DNA from: Chloroflexota bacterium
Lineage (GTDB): Bacteria > Chloroflexota > Dehalococcoidia > Bin125
Length of the DNA stretch: 64,000 nt
Direction of reading: 5' to 3'
Assembly (NCBI GenBank): GCA_028874365.1
Contig: JAPPJZ010000047.1
Span: forward strand, 4,306-68,305
Position numbers and translations under genes: made by a program. The notes under the pieces are model-generated. The model did not search any database. It saw only the letters and a program-made list of their open reading frames with translations, and was not told the origin of the DNA. Shown piece by piece: positions 10,895 to 19,158 of the stretch (its first letter is position 1; each line of letters begins with the position of its first letter).

Positions 10895-13800
10895 CTACCA
10901 GCTATCGATGTAGGGCCGTCTGCCTTCGCGGATCGGTTCGGAGTTGGGCACGGCGTCGAGCAGTCGCAGGATCCACTGGCGTGTCTCGGCCGGGTCGATC
11001 ACGTCGTCCGATTCGAGCACCGTGGCGGCGTTGAAGGCGTTGCCGCGCTCGTAGGCGTCGGCGACCATTTCCTCGTAGACGCGGGTTCGTTCTTCGAGGT
11101 CCTCAATCTGTTCGAGCTGCGCTCTCGCTCCCAGTTTGACACCGGCTTCGAGGTTCATGCCGCCGTACTCGGAGGTCGGCCAGCCAACGTTGAACAGGCC
11201 GGCCTCGGTGCTCCCGGCGAGCATCGCCAGCCCGCCGAGTCCGTAACACTTGCGCAGGGTGATCGTCATCTTCGGCGTGGTCAGGTTGGCCAGCGAGACG
11301 AAGACTCGGTGGCAGTGGCGGACGAGGGCGGTCTTCTCGACCTCTGGACCGACCATCATGCCGGGCGTGTCGACCAGCGTCAGCAGCGGGATGTTCCAGC
11401 AGTCGCAGATCTGCGCGAAGCGAGCCAGCTTGTCCGAGCCGTCGCTATCGACCGCGCCTCCGAGATGCATGTTGTTGTTGGCGATCACGCCAACCGGCCG
11501 ACCTTCAATCCGAATCAACGACGTCACGACGCCGATGCCGAACTCGGGTCGCAGTTCCAACACCGAGTCGTGGTCGGCCAACAGATCGATGACCTTGCGC
11601 ACGTCGTAGGTGCGCAACCGGTTCTCGGGAATGACGTGGCGCAAGAGCCGCTGATCCGGTGCGGTCCACTCCGCAAGCCGTCCCTGGAAGTAGGAGAGGT
11701 ACTTCTTCACCGCGGCCATCGCTTCCTCTTCGTCCTTGACGAAGATGTCTACGACGCCGTTCGGCACCTGCTGCGACATTGGGCCGAGTTCCTCGGGCAG
11801 GAACAGCCCCAGCCCGCCGCCCTCGATCACCGCCGGACCGCCCATGGCGATGTTGGAGCCCTCGGTCGCGACGATGATGTCGCACATGCCGAGCATCGAG
11901 GCGTTGCCGGCGAAGCAACGACCGGCAGTGATCGAGACCATGGGCACCTTCCCCGAGAGCTCAGCGAGCCGCTCGAACGTGCGAACGTTTCGCGCCGCGA
12001 CGCGGGTGTATGCCCAGTCGGAATCTCCCGAGCGGCCGCCTGCGCCTTCGGCGATGAAGACCAACGGTGTCAGCAGGCGATGTGCCGTCTCGACCATGCG
12101 GTCCGTTTTCTCGTGACCGCGGCCACCCTGGGTGCCGGCCCAGACCGTTTCGTCGTAGGAAATGATCGCTGTGCTGGCCACGTCGTTCTCAAACAGGTCA
12201 GCGTTGACCGTGCCGATCCCGCAGATCAGGCCGTCGGCCGGCGAGACCACCCGCAGTTCTTCCCATGATCGCTTGCGCCGTTGCGCCGCAACACCGAGCG
12301 GCATGTACTCATTCCAAGTCCCGCCCTCGACGAGCTGGGTGATGTTCTCGCGCGCGGTCCGCTTGCCCTTGGCGTGGCGCCTGGCGACCGGCCCCGGCCG
12401 GGCGTCGTCCAGCAACGCCTCGTGCAGGTCGATGTTGTGCTGCAGGTCGGGGCGGATGTAATCGAGGTCAATCTCACCCGAGCCGCCGTCGACGGCCGGA
12501 CCAACGTCGGCCGGCTCGATGAACACGAGCGGGTGACCCTCCCAGATGATGTCGCCGATCGAGACGGTGATCTCCTGGACGATTCCGCCGATATCGGCCT
12601 GGAGCACGTGCTCCATCTTCATCGCGTTCATGATGATCACGTCCTGGCCGGCGACCACGCTGTCCCCTTCACCAACGAGGATCTCAATGATCGTGCCCTG
12701 GATCGGTGCGCGCAGCGGCTCGGTGCCCGGCGGCCCGATGATCTCCGGCGCGGGGAACCCGGCGCGATCCTCTTCCAGCCCCCGGTTGACATCGAGCGAC
12801 GCCGCACCGGCGCCCTGGCGGAAAAAGTCGAGCGCGGCCAACGGGTCCGTGACCTGGTTCTCAACCTGGGCACCGGCCCAGGCCGACTGTCCTCCGGCGG
12901 ACGCGCCGTTGTCCGATGTCGCAGCCAGTTCGCCGATACGCTCGTCGATCCAGCGCGTGTGGACGTTGCCTGCGATGAACTCCGGATGACTCAGGATGTT
13001 GCGCAGGAACCCGATGTTCGAGTCCGGTCCCTCGAGTTGGAACTCGTCCAACGCCCGCTGAGCTCGACGAACGGCGTCGTTGAAGTTACCGCTCGGATGG
13101 CGGGTGACGACCTTGGCGATCAGGGAATCGAAGTTCGGATTGGCCGCATATCCGGCGTAGCCATAGGTGTCGACACGTACGCCGGGACCGGCGGGCGGAC
13201 GGAACGTGCGCAGCGCGCCAGCGGCCGGACGTACGTCGCCGTCTTCGCGCATCCGCTCGAGGTTGACCCGGGACTGGATGGCAAACCCGCGTAGCGCTGG
13301 CGGAGCGTCGATGCCCAGGTCGGCCAGGGCCGCGCCTTCGGCGATGCGAATCTGGCACTCGACCAGGTCCAGTCCGGCGACCTCTTCGGTCACGGTGTGT
13401 TCGACCTGCAGCCGCGCATTGGCCTCGATGAAGGCGAAGTCGTCGTTGGTGTCGGCGTCGACCAGAAACTCGAACGTGCCGAGATTGGAATAACCGCCGG
13501 CCGCAGCCAGTTCAACCGCGGCCGTGGTGATTCGCTCGCGCAGATCGTCGCTCAACGTCGGTGACGGCGCGATTTCGATCAGCTTCTGGTAACGGCGCTG
13601 GATCGTGCATTCACGCTCCCCGACATGGGTCACAGCGCCATGCTGGTCACCGACAATCTGCACCTCGATGTGTCGCGCCCGGGGAATGAATCGCTCGACG
13701 AAGAGAGCCCCATTGCCGAACGCCGCCTGAGCCTCGCGCGTGCAGCGTTCGAAGGCGTCCTCGATCTCGGACGATTCGTTGATCGCGCGCATCCCGCGCC

Positions 13801-14293
13801 CACCACCACCACCGATCGCCTTGATCACCATTGGTCGGCCGCCGAGCTGCTCGAAGAAGGCGCGAGCCCCGTCCAGGTCGACCGCGTGGTCCGTGCCGGT
13901 CAGGACCGGAACACTGCGCGCTCCGGCGAGCGTGCGAGCGCGGGCCTTGTCGCCGAACAGGGCCAGGGCGGCCGGAGACGGTCCAACGAACGTGATTCCC
14001 GCTTCTTCGCAGGCGCGAGCGAAGTCAGCGTTCTCGGCGAGGAAGCCGTAACCGGGGTGGATGGCGTCGCATTCGTGCTCTTGCGCACGTTCAATGATTT
14101 GGGCGATATCGAGGTAGGCCGCCGGTCCGATCCCCTCCAGTGCGATGACGGTGTCAGCGTGCCGAACGTGGTCAGATGCGCCATCGTCGGACGAGTGGAT
14201 CGCCGCCGTGGCAACTCCGAGTTCAGTTGCAGTCCGCAGGACGCGGACGGCAATTTCACCACGGTTGGCGACGAGCAGGCGTTGAATGGGCAT
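10895..14293 (-). CDS. Single-chain acyl-CoA carboxylase (biotin carboxylase + BCCP + carboxyltransferase), 1132 aa
   Basis: LVANRGEIA, IHPGYGFLAEN, ARLQVEH; biotin motif AMKM; CT motifs GTQG, EGAGGR and DTPGMMVGP. Confidence 0.92.
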   Translation of the reverse strand: MPIQRLLVANRGEIAVRVLRTATELGVATAAIHSSDDGASDHVRHADTVIALEGIGPAAYLDIAQIIERAQEHECDAIHPGYGFLAENADFARACEEAGITFVGPSPAALALFGDKARARTLAGARSVPVLTGTDHAVDLDGARAFFEQLGGRPMVIKAIGGGGGRGMRAINESSEIEDAFERCTREAQAAFGNGALFVERFIPRARHIEVQIVGDQHGAVTHVGERECTIQRRYQKLIEIAPSPTLSDDLRERITTAAVELAAAGGYSNLGTFEFLVDADTNDDFAFIEANARLQVEHTVTEEVAGLDLVECQIRIAEGAALADLGIDAPPALRGFAIQSRVNLERMREDGDVRPAAGALRTFRPPAGPGVRVDTYGYAGYAANPNFDSLIAKVVTRHPSGNFNDAVRRAQRALDEFQLEGPDSNIGFLRNILSHPEFIAGNVHTRWIDERIGELAATSDNGASAGGQSAWAGAQVENQVTDPLAALDFFRQGAGAASLDVNRGLEEDRAGFPAPEIIGPPGTEPLRAPIQGTIIEILVGEGDSVVAGQDVIIMNAMKMEHVLQADIGGIVQEITVSIGDIIWEGHPLVFIEPADVGPAVDGGSGEIDLDYIRPDLQHNIDLHEALLDDARPGPVARRHAKGKRTARENITQLVEGGTWNEYMPLGVAAQRRKRSWEELRVVSPADGLICGIGTVNADLFENDVASTAIISYDETVWAGTQGGRGHEKTDRMVETAHRLLTPLVFIAEGAGGRSGDSDWAYTRVAARNVRTFERLAELSGKVPMVSITAGRCFAGNASMLGMCDIIVATEGSNIAMGGPAVIEGGGLGLFLPEELGPMSQQVPNGVVDIFVKDEEEAMAAVKKYLSYFQGRLAEWTAPDQRLLRHVIPENRLRTYDVRKVIDLLADHDSVLELRPEFGIGVVTSLIRIEGRPVGVIANNNMHLGGAVDSDGSDKLARFAQICDCWNIPLLTLVDTPGMMVGPEVEKTALVRHCHRVFVSLANLTTPKMTITLRKCYGLGGLAMLAGSTEAGLFNVGWPTSEYGGMNLEAGVKLGARAQLEQIEDLEERTRVYEEMVADAYERGNAFNAATVLESDDVIDPAETRQWILRLLDAVPNSEPIREGRRPYIDSW

Positions 14294-14342
14294 GGTCAGA
14301 CCCTACGAACTGTGCATTTCCGGGACGGGACAAACGTGGACA

Positions 14343-15437
14343 TCAACCGCTGGCAACGGCGTCGGCGATCAGACTGCCCAGCGCTTCCGTACTGAGGGAA
14401 TCCTCGCCGTCGCCTGCGAGGTCAGCTGAACGATGACCGGCGGCGAGGGTGTCGATAACCGCCTCTTCGATCGTGCTCGCTTCGTTCTCAAGGCCGAGCG
14501 AGTAACGGAGCATCAGAGCAGCGCTGAGGATCATCGCCATCGGATTGGCGATCCCCTGGCCGGCGATGTCGGGCGCGGTGCCGTGGATCGGCTCATAGAG
14601 GCCCAGCGTCGAGCCGTCTTCGGATGCGCCAAGCGAAGCCGAGGGCAGCATGCCCATCGAACCGGCCAGCATTGACGCTTCGTCGGTCAGGATGTCGCCG
14701 AACATATTCTCGGTGACGATCACGTCGAAGTAGGACGGATGGCGAATCAGGTCCATCGCGCAGGCGTCGACGAGGCGGTGTTCCAGGGTGACGTCCGTAT
14801 AGTCCTTCGCGACTTCGTCGGCGATTTCGCGCCACATGCGAGAGGTATCGAGGATGTTGGCCTTATCAACCGAGGTCAGCAGCTTGCGTCGCGACCGAGC
14901 CGTCTCAAAGCCAAGCCGCACGATGCGCTCGACCTCGTGCTCGGAGTAGGCGAGCGTATCGACGGCCTTGCGCTGTCCGTCTTCCTCCCAACGACGCTGC
15001 GGCTCGCCGAAGTAGATGCCGCCGGTCAGTTCGCGCAGCACGACCATGTCAACGGCTTCGACGGTCTCACGCTTGAGCGGTGTGGCGTTGGCGAGGATCG
15101 GCAGCATCTTCACCGGTCGGATATTGGCGAACAGGCCGAGGCCCTTGCGCAGGCCGAGGATCGCCTGCTCCGGCCGAACCGACGCCTTGGGGTCGTCCCA
15201 TTTCGGCCCGCCGACGGCGCCAAACAGGACCGCGTCCTGTGCCTGGCACATGGCCAGCGTCTCGTCGCGCAGGGCGACGCCGTGCGCGTCGATCGACGCG
15301 CCGCCGACCAGGTCCTCGCTGTACTCGAAGGAGTGATCGAATCGGCCGCCAACTGCGTCGAGCACGCGAACCGCCTGCCCGATGACTTCGCCGCCGATTC
15401 CGTCACCGGGCAACAGGGCAATCCTGAAATGAGCCAT
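14343..15437 (-). CDS. leuB: 3-isopropylmalate dehydrogenase
   Basis: LPGDGIGGEV, FGAVGGPKWD, RELTGGIYFG, VDKANIL, ENMFGDILTD, YEPIHGTAPDIAG. Confidence 0.96.
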   Translation of the reverse strand: MAHFRIALLPGDGIGGEVIGQAVRVLDAVGGRFDHSFEYSEDLVGGASIDAHGVALRDETLAMCQAQDAVLFGAVGGPKWDDPKASVRPEQAILGLRKGLGLFANIRPVKMLPILANATPLKRETVEAVDMVVLRELTGGIYFGEPQRRWEEDGQRKAVDTLAYSEHEVERIVRLGFETARSRRKLLTSVDKANILDTSRMWREIADEVAKDYTDVTLEHRLVDACAMDLIRHPSYFDVIVTENMFGDILTDEASMLAGSMGMLPSASLGASEDGSTLGLYEPIHGTAPDIAGQGIANPMAMILSAALMLRYSLGLENEASTIEEAVIDTLAAGHRSADLAGDGEDSLSTEALGSLIADAVASG

Positions 15438-15449
15438 ACCTGTCAGTTC

Positions 15450-15656
15450 CTAATCGTCGCTGGAGCGCTCACCCGGAGCGCGTTCTGGAGACACTCAACA
15501 GCCTGGATCGCCGTAGTTGCCACAGCAGATCTGTCGCTCTGTCAGCCTATTCCACCAAATGGCGAGCACCCCGGTGACCAGTCGCCAACCGCTGCGGCCT
15601 TCGGCGCGCAGGTTGGCAATCGCGTCGAGGAATGAGGGTTTCGGGTGCTTTAGCAT
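15450..15656 (-). CDS. Small Cys-rich protein, copy 2; candidate selenoprotein (53 aa to UGA, 68 aa with UGA=Sec)
   Basis: Hand translation MLKHPKPSFLDAIANLRAEGRSGWRLVTGVLAIWWNRLTERQICCGNYGDPGC-[TGA 15497..15495]-VSPERAPGERSSDD-TAG. Not in the ORF track. Paralog of 15762..16013. Confidence 0.7.
15465..15481 (-). promoter_or_regulatory. Candidate bacterial SECIS hairpin (copy 2)
   Basis: mRNA GCGCUC-CGGGU-GAGCGC at +14..+30 after UGA. Confidence 0.6.
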
Positions 15657-15761
15657 CTGAACGCTCTCAGTTGCATCTATCGAACCGCCGAGGCCGCGGT
15701 GTTAGGCGTCAATCGCCACCCATCTTCAACCCGGGCCGCAAGATCGCCACTCCCGGAACCA

Positions 15762-16013
15762 TTAATGTCCATGATCGTGGTGGTGGTTGCGGCGGTGATC
15801 GTGATCGTGGTCTTCCGTCTCCATGCGCTCGGCCCGAGCGCGCTCACCGGACACTCAACAACCCGGGTCACCGTAGTTGCCGCAGCAGTTGTCGACATTC
15901 CGCAGCTTGATCAGATTGTTCTTGATCAGACCGTAGATGGCATGACGCCTACCGATCGATCGGCGCAGGTTGGTAATGGTGTCGCCAATGGTCGGCCTTG
16001 GATGCTGGGGCAT
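15762..16013 (-). CDS. Small Cys-rich protein, copy 1; candidate selenoprotein with His-rich tail (52 aa to UGA, 83 aa with UGA=Sec)
   Basis: MPQHPRPTIGDTITNLRRSIGRRHAIYGLIKNNLIKLRNVDNCCGNYGDPGC-[TGA 15857..15855]-VSGERARAERMETEDHDHDHRRNHHHDHGH-TAA. Confidence 0.7.
15825..15841 (-). promoter_or_regulatory. Candidate bacterial SECIS hairpin (copy 1)
   Basis: mRNA GCGCUC-GGGCC-GAGCGC at +14..+30 after UGA; possible lower stem GUGUCC/GGAGAC (5 of 6 pairs). Confidence 0.6.
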
Positions 16014-16077
16014 GGCATGCTTCTGTCCAGTGGGCCTGGTTCTTGATTGCAAACAGGATAGGGAGCTAGTGACTAAC

Positions 16078-16719
16078 TCAGCGCCAGACTCTCGTCAGGT
16101 CGACGATCAGGCCCTCGGCCACGTCTTCGCCGCTCAGCGAATCTGGACGCTCTAGTCGCTCTGGTTCGGAATCGCCCTGCCGATACACCCAGACTTCACC
16201 TTCCTCGGTGTAGACGTCGATCAACCAGCCGAGCCGAGCATCGGAGGCCATCCACTCCTGCATCTTCTCTTGCTGCTGTTGAGCGCTCTGCGATACCGAA
16301 CGCAACTCCACGATTAATTCAGGGCAGATTGGCCAAAAGCCTTCATCATCCGGCTTCGTGTTCTCGAGCAAGCTTCCACTCGCCCATGCCGCGTCGGGAG
16401 AGCGCACTGCGCTGTTGGGCAGTCGGAAGCCAGTACCTGAGTCGAAGACCTTACCGTCTTGAGTTTTGGCCCACCAAATGTACAACTGGCCGGATAGGTG
16501 AAGAGAGCGGCTGCCGCCGACAGAACCAGTTGGAACAGAAATTTCGAGCGCTCCTTCCGCGTTGCGCTCGAAGCGCCAGAAATCGTTGAGACCACTAATG
16601 GCCAACAGCAACTCGTCGGTGAGGAGGCCCGATGGAAACCGGACAACGAGGGGCCCGGCAGCGGCCTGGGAGTCAGGAGATCCTGTCGTCTGCTCAGTCT
16701 TGATTGCTGCCTGGACCAT
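16078..16719 (-). CDS. Uma2 family (DUF820) PD-(D/E)XK endonuclease-like protein
   Basis: RFERNAEGALEI, DSGTGFRLPNSAVRSPDAAW, CPELIVELRS, ARLGWLID. Confidence 0.9.
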   Translation of the reverse strand: MVQAAIKTEQTTGSPDSQAAAGPLVVRFPSGLLTDELLLAISGLNDFWRFERNAEGALEISVPTGSVGGSRSLHLSGQLYIWWAKTQDGKVFDSGTGFRLPNSAVRSPDAAWASGSLLENTKPDDEGFWPICPELIVELRSVSQSAQQQQEKMQEWMASDARLGWLIDVYTEEGEVWVYRQGDSEPERLERPDSLSGEDVAEGLIVDLTRVWR

Positions 16720-16728
16720 AGGTTGATC

Positions 16729-17319
16729 CTAGAGTGTTACCGGTTTGGTCGACGGTCGTTTGGACTCGTAGTCCGAAATGAGGTCGTCGTGCTCGAGGGT
16801 CAAGGAGATGTCATCAAGGCCGTTGAGCAGGCAGTGTTTGACGAACGGGGCGATGTCGAAGGACCGTACCCAGCCCCCGGGCGCGCTGACGGTCTGGTCT
16901 TCGAGGCTGACCGTGATCGGCGTGTTGGACTCCGACTCGACCATGCGCATCAGCTCTTCGACATCTGGCTGCGGAAGCTGGATCGTGAGTAGGCCCATCT
17001 TGGCCGAGTTATTGCGGAAGATGTCGGCGAACCCGGGTGCGATCACCGCTTTGACGCCCATCCCCTGAATTGCCCAGACGGCGTGTTCGCGGGAGGAGCC
17101 GCAGCCGAAGTTGGGGCCGGCGAGCATCACGCTGGCGCCCTGGTACTGCGGCTGGTTGGTGACGAAGTCGGGATCCTTGGCCCAGGCCTCGAACGCGAAC
17201 GGACCGTAGCCCGTCCGCTCAATCCGCTTGAGGTACTTGGCTGGAATGATCTGGTCGGTGTCGACGTCGGCGCGGTCGAGCGGCAATCCTGTACCGCTGA
17301 AGGTCGTGACGGGATCCAT
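16729..17319 (-). CDS. leuD: 3-isopropylmalate dehydratase small subunit
   Basis: DVDTDQIIPAKYLK, NFGCGSSREHA, FADIFRNN, LLNGLDDI. ATG 17319 has GGAG upstream. Confidence 0.96.
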   Translation of the reverse strand: MDPVTTFSGTGLPLDRADVDTDQIIPAKYLKRIERTGYGPFAFEAWAKDPDFVTNQPQYQGASVMLAGPNFGCGSSREHAVWAIQGMGVKAVIAPGFADIFRNNSAKMGLLTIQLPQPDVEELMRMVESESNTPITVSLEDQTVSAPGGWVRSFDIAPFVKHCLLNGLDDISLTLEHDDLISDYESKRPSTKPVTL

Positions 17320-17346
17320 GGACTGCTCCAATCGGTCTGGGGGATG

Positions 17347-17387
17347 CCCCCTCTGCCTTCGGCATCTCCCCCCCTGCGCGGGGGAGA
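17347..17387 (-). repeat. REP-like palindromic element family A, copy 1
   Basis: Minus strand TCTCCCCC-loop-GGGGGAGA-TGCCGAAGGCA-GAGGGGG; near-identical to 18284..18328 and 56221..56265. Confidence 0.85.
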
Positions 17388-17393
17388 AATGGA

Positions 17394-18281
17394 TTAGGCG
17401 AAGAATTCTTTGAGCGCGGCTTCTGTTCGGTCGGGCAGTTCCTCAGGCAGGAAATGGCCGCACGGCAGGCCGACGCCGGTGACGTCGGTCGCCCAACGAT
17501 GCCACGTCGCCATGAATCGGCCGCGGCGGTTCGGCTGGCGCGCCGCGCCCCAGATGACGAACAGCGGGCAAGTGATCTGCTTGCCTTCCGAACGGTCGGC
17601 GCGGTCCAGCCGCAGGTCGAAGCGAGCGCCAGAACGGTAGTCCTCGCACCAGCTTCGGACCGTTTCCGGATCGTTGGCGGCGGCCAGGTACTCGGCCATC
17701 GCAGCATCAGTGAAGACGGTCTGGTCGTCCTCGCCGGCCCACGATCCAAGCATCCGTTTGAGGAAGAAGTCTGGAGCGCCGTTGATCAGGGTTTCCGGCA
17801 GCGGCGCAGGTTGAGCGAGGAAGTACCAGTGGAATCCGCCCAGGCCGCCGGCGATGCCCATCTGCTCGAATTGCTCGGCGGTTGGAACGATGTCGAGCAA
17901 CGAGAGCCGCTCGACCCGTTCGGGATGGTCCAGCGCCAGTCGATAGGACACGCGGCCGCCACGGTCGTGACCCGCGAGTGAGAAGGAATCGAAGCCGAGG
18001 TCGGCCATCAGGTCGACCATGTAGCTCGCCATCGCGCGCTTCGAATACGCTTCGCCTCCGCCATCGCCGGGCGGCGAGTCGCTGGCGCCGTAGCCGAGCA
18101 GATCGGCAACGACGACCGTGTGCTCTTCTGCCAGACCGGGCGCGATCTTATGCCACATCGCGCCCGTCTGCGGATAGCCATGAAGCAGCAACAACGGCGA
18201 TCCCGAACCGCCCACGCGGGCGAAGATTGGGCCGGTCTTGTGCTCGCGGAATCCGGGGAACAGGGTCTCGGTGTCGGGCAT
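17394..18281 (-). CDS. Haloacetate/fluoroacetate dehalogenase-like alpha/beta hydrolase
   Basis: LLHGYPQT, GHDRGGRV (Asp nucleophile plus two Arg), LDIVPT, FHWYF, EDYR, GHFLPEE. Confidence 0.85.
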   Translation of the reverse strand: MPDTETLFPGFREHKTGPIFARVGGSGSPLLLLHGYPQTGAMWHKIAPGLAEEHTVVVADLLGYGASDSPPGDGGGEAYSKRAMASYMVDLMADLGFDSFSLAGHDRGGRVSYRLALDHPERVERLSLLDIVPTAEQFEQMGIAGGLGGFHWYFLAQPAPLPETLINGAPDFFLKRMLGSWAGEDDQTVFTDAAMAEYLAAANDPETVRSWCEDYRSGARFDLRLDRADRSEGKQITCPLFVIWGAARQPNRRGRFMATWHRWATDVTGVGLPCGHFLPEELPDRTEAALKEFFA

Positions 18282-18283
18282 GG

Positions 18284-18328
18284 CCCCCCTCTGCCTTCGG
18301 CATCTCCCCCCGCTGCGTGGGGGGGAGA
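18284..18328 (-). repeat. REP-like palindromic element family A, copy 2
   Basis: Same motif; ends 2 nt before the dehalogenase ATG. Confidence 0.85.
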
Positions 18329-18338
18329 GGAACTCTGG

Positions 18339-19088
18339 TTACAGCGCGACGGTGCCGCTGATCGCTGGCTGCAGAGGGTCGCAGATGTAGCGAATCTTGG
18401 GCAGCGTAATGTTGGCAGTCGTGTAGCTGGCAATGATTGGATACACGGGCCGCAAATCGGGGGCGTCCCAGAAGTTGCTGTCGAACGCGTCGATCTGGGC
18501 GGCGCCTCGGTCGGCGCGGCTCACCTCGAAGTCCGGGTCAACCTGCACAAGCCAGGGCTTCGTTTCACCGTCGCGTTCGACGTTCGCGACGTGCATCCCG
18601 GCCGTGTAGAGCAGGTCGCCGTTGCCGATCGGCACGGGGTCGACGAGCTGCGCCGAGAGCACGGCGACGTTGCCGTCATTGACCTCAATCGACTGCCGGT
18701 CGTAGCGCTCGCGCAGGACCGGTTCGCCGACGGTTATCGGGAAGCCCCAACGCTCTTCCAGAGCGGTCGCCGCAGCGCCTTCGGTGCATACGGCGCGGGT
18801 CGGCAGTCCGCGCGGCCGAACCGCGGCCCGGCAGCCGACGCGCACGGAGGCCAACGTGAACGCGCCCAGAGGGCCTTCATCGGCGCGTAGTCCGATTACA
18901 TGCATCGTGGGCGGAATCGTCGGATGCAGGGCCGGCGGCAGCAACTCGGCCATGACCGAGTCGTCGATCTCGTAGATAACCTGCAGCACCTTAACGTTCG
19001 GCAGGGTCAGCGCCTCGGTGTCGAGGTTCGGCATCGTCGGCGCATATCGAGTCAGTTGACCTGGGTCGGCGTTGCCATTGATTGGCAT
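18339..19088 (-). CDS. Acetoacetate decarboxylase-like (ADC superfamily) protein, 249 aa
   Basis: From MPINGNAD (ATG 19088, GAAAGG upstream); LLPPALHP and ERWGFP resemble ADC-family motifs. Confidence 0.65.
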   Translation of the reverse strand: MPINGNADPGQLTRYAPTMPNLDTEALTLPNVKVLQVIYEIDDSVMAELLPPALHPTIPPTMHVIGLRADEGPLGAFTLASVRVGCRAAVRPRGLPTRAVCTEGAAATALEERWGFPITVGEPVLRERYDRQSIEVNDGNVAVLSAQLVDPVPIGNGDLLYTAGMHVANVERDGETKPWLVQVDPDFEVSRADRGAAQIDAFDSNFWDAPDLRPVYPIIASYTTANITLPKIRYICDPLQPAISGTVAL

Positions 19089-19158
19089 TAGCGGCCTTTC
19101 ATTGCGACGTGTCGCGCCGCGCTGGAGTCGCGCTGGAGTCGCGCTTGCGTCTGCGGGG

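Noticed and set aside
10589-12268. Long antisense ORFs (also 22007..23497, 32655..34160, 54076..55164, 61743..63320 and many others)
   Set aside because: They lie opposite well-supported genes and have no motifs; such shadow ORFs are expected from GC-rich codon bias.
15677-16046. ORFs 15677..15898 (-) and 15699..16046 (+)
   Set aside because: Alternative frames of the His-rich tail and peptide; their Thr/Ile or Val runs are frame-shifted CAC/GAT repeats.
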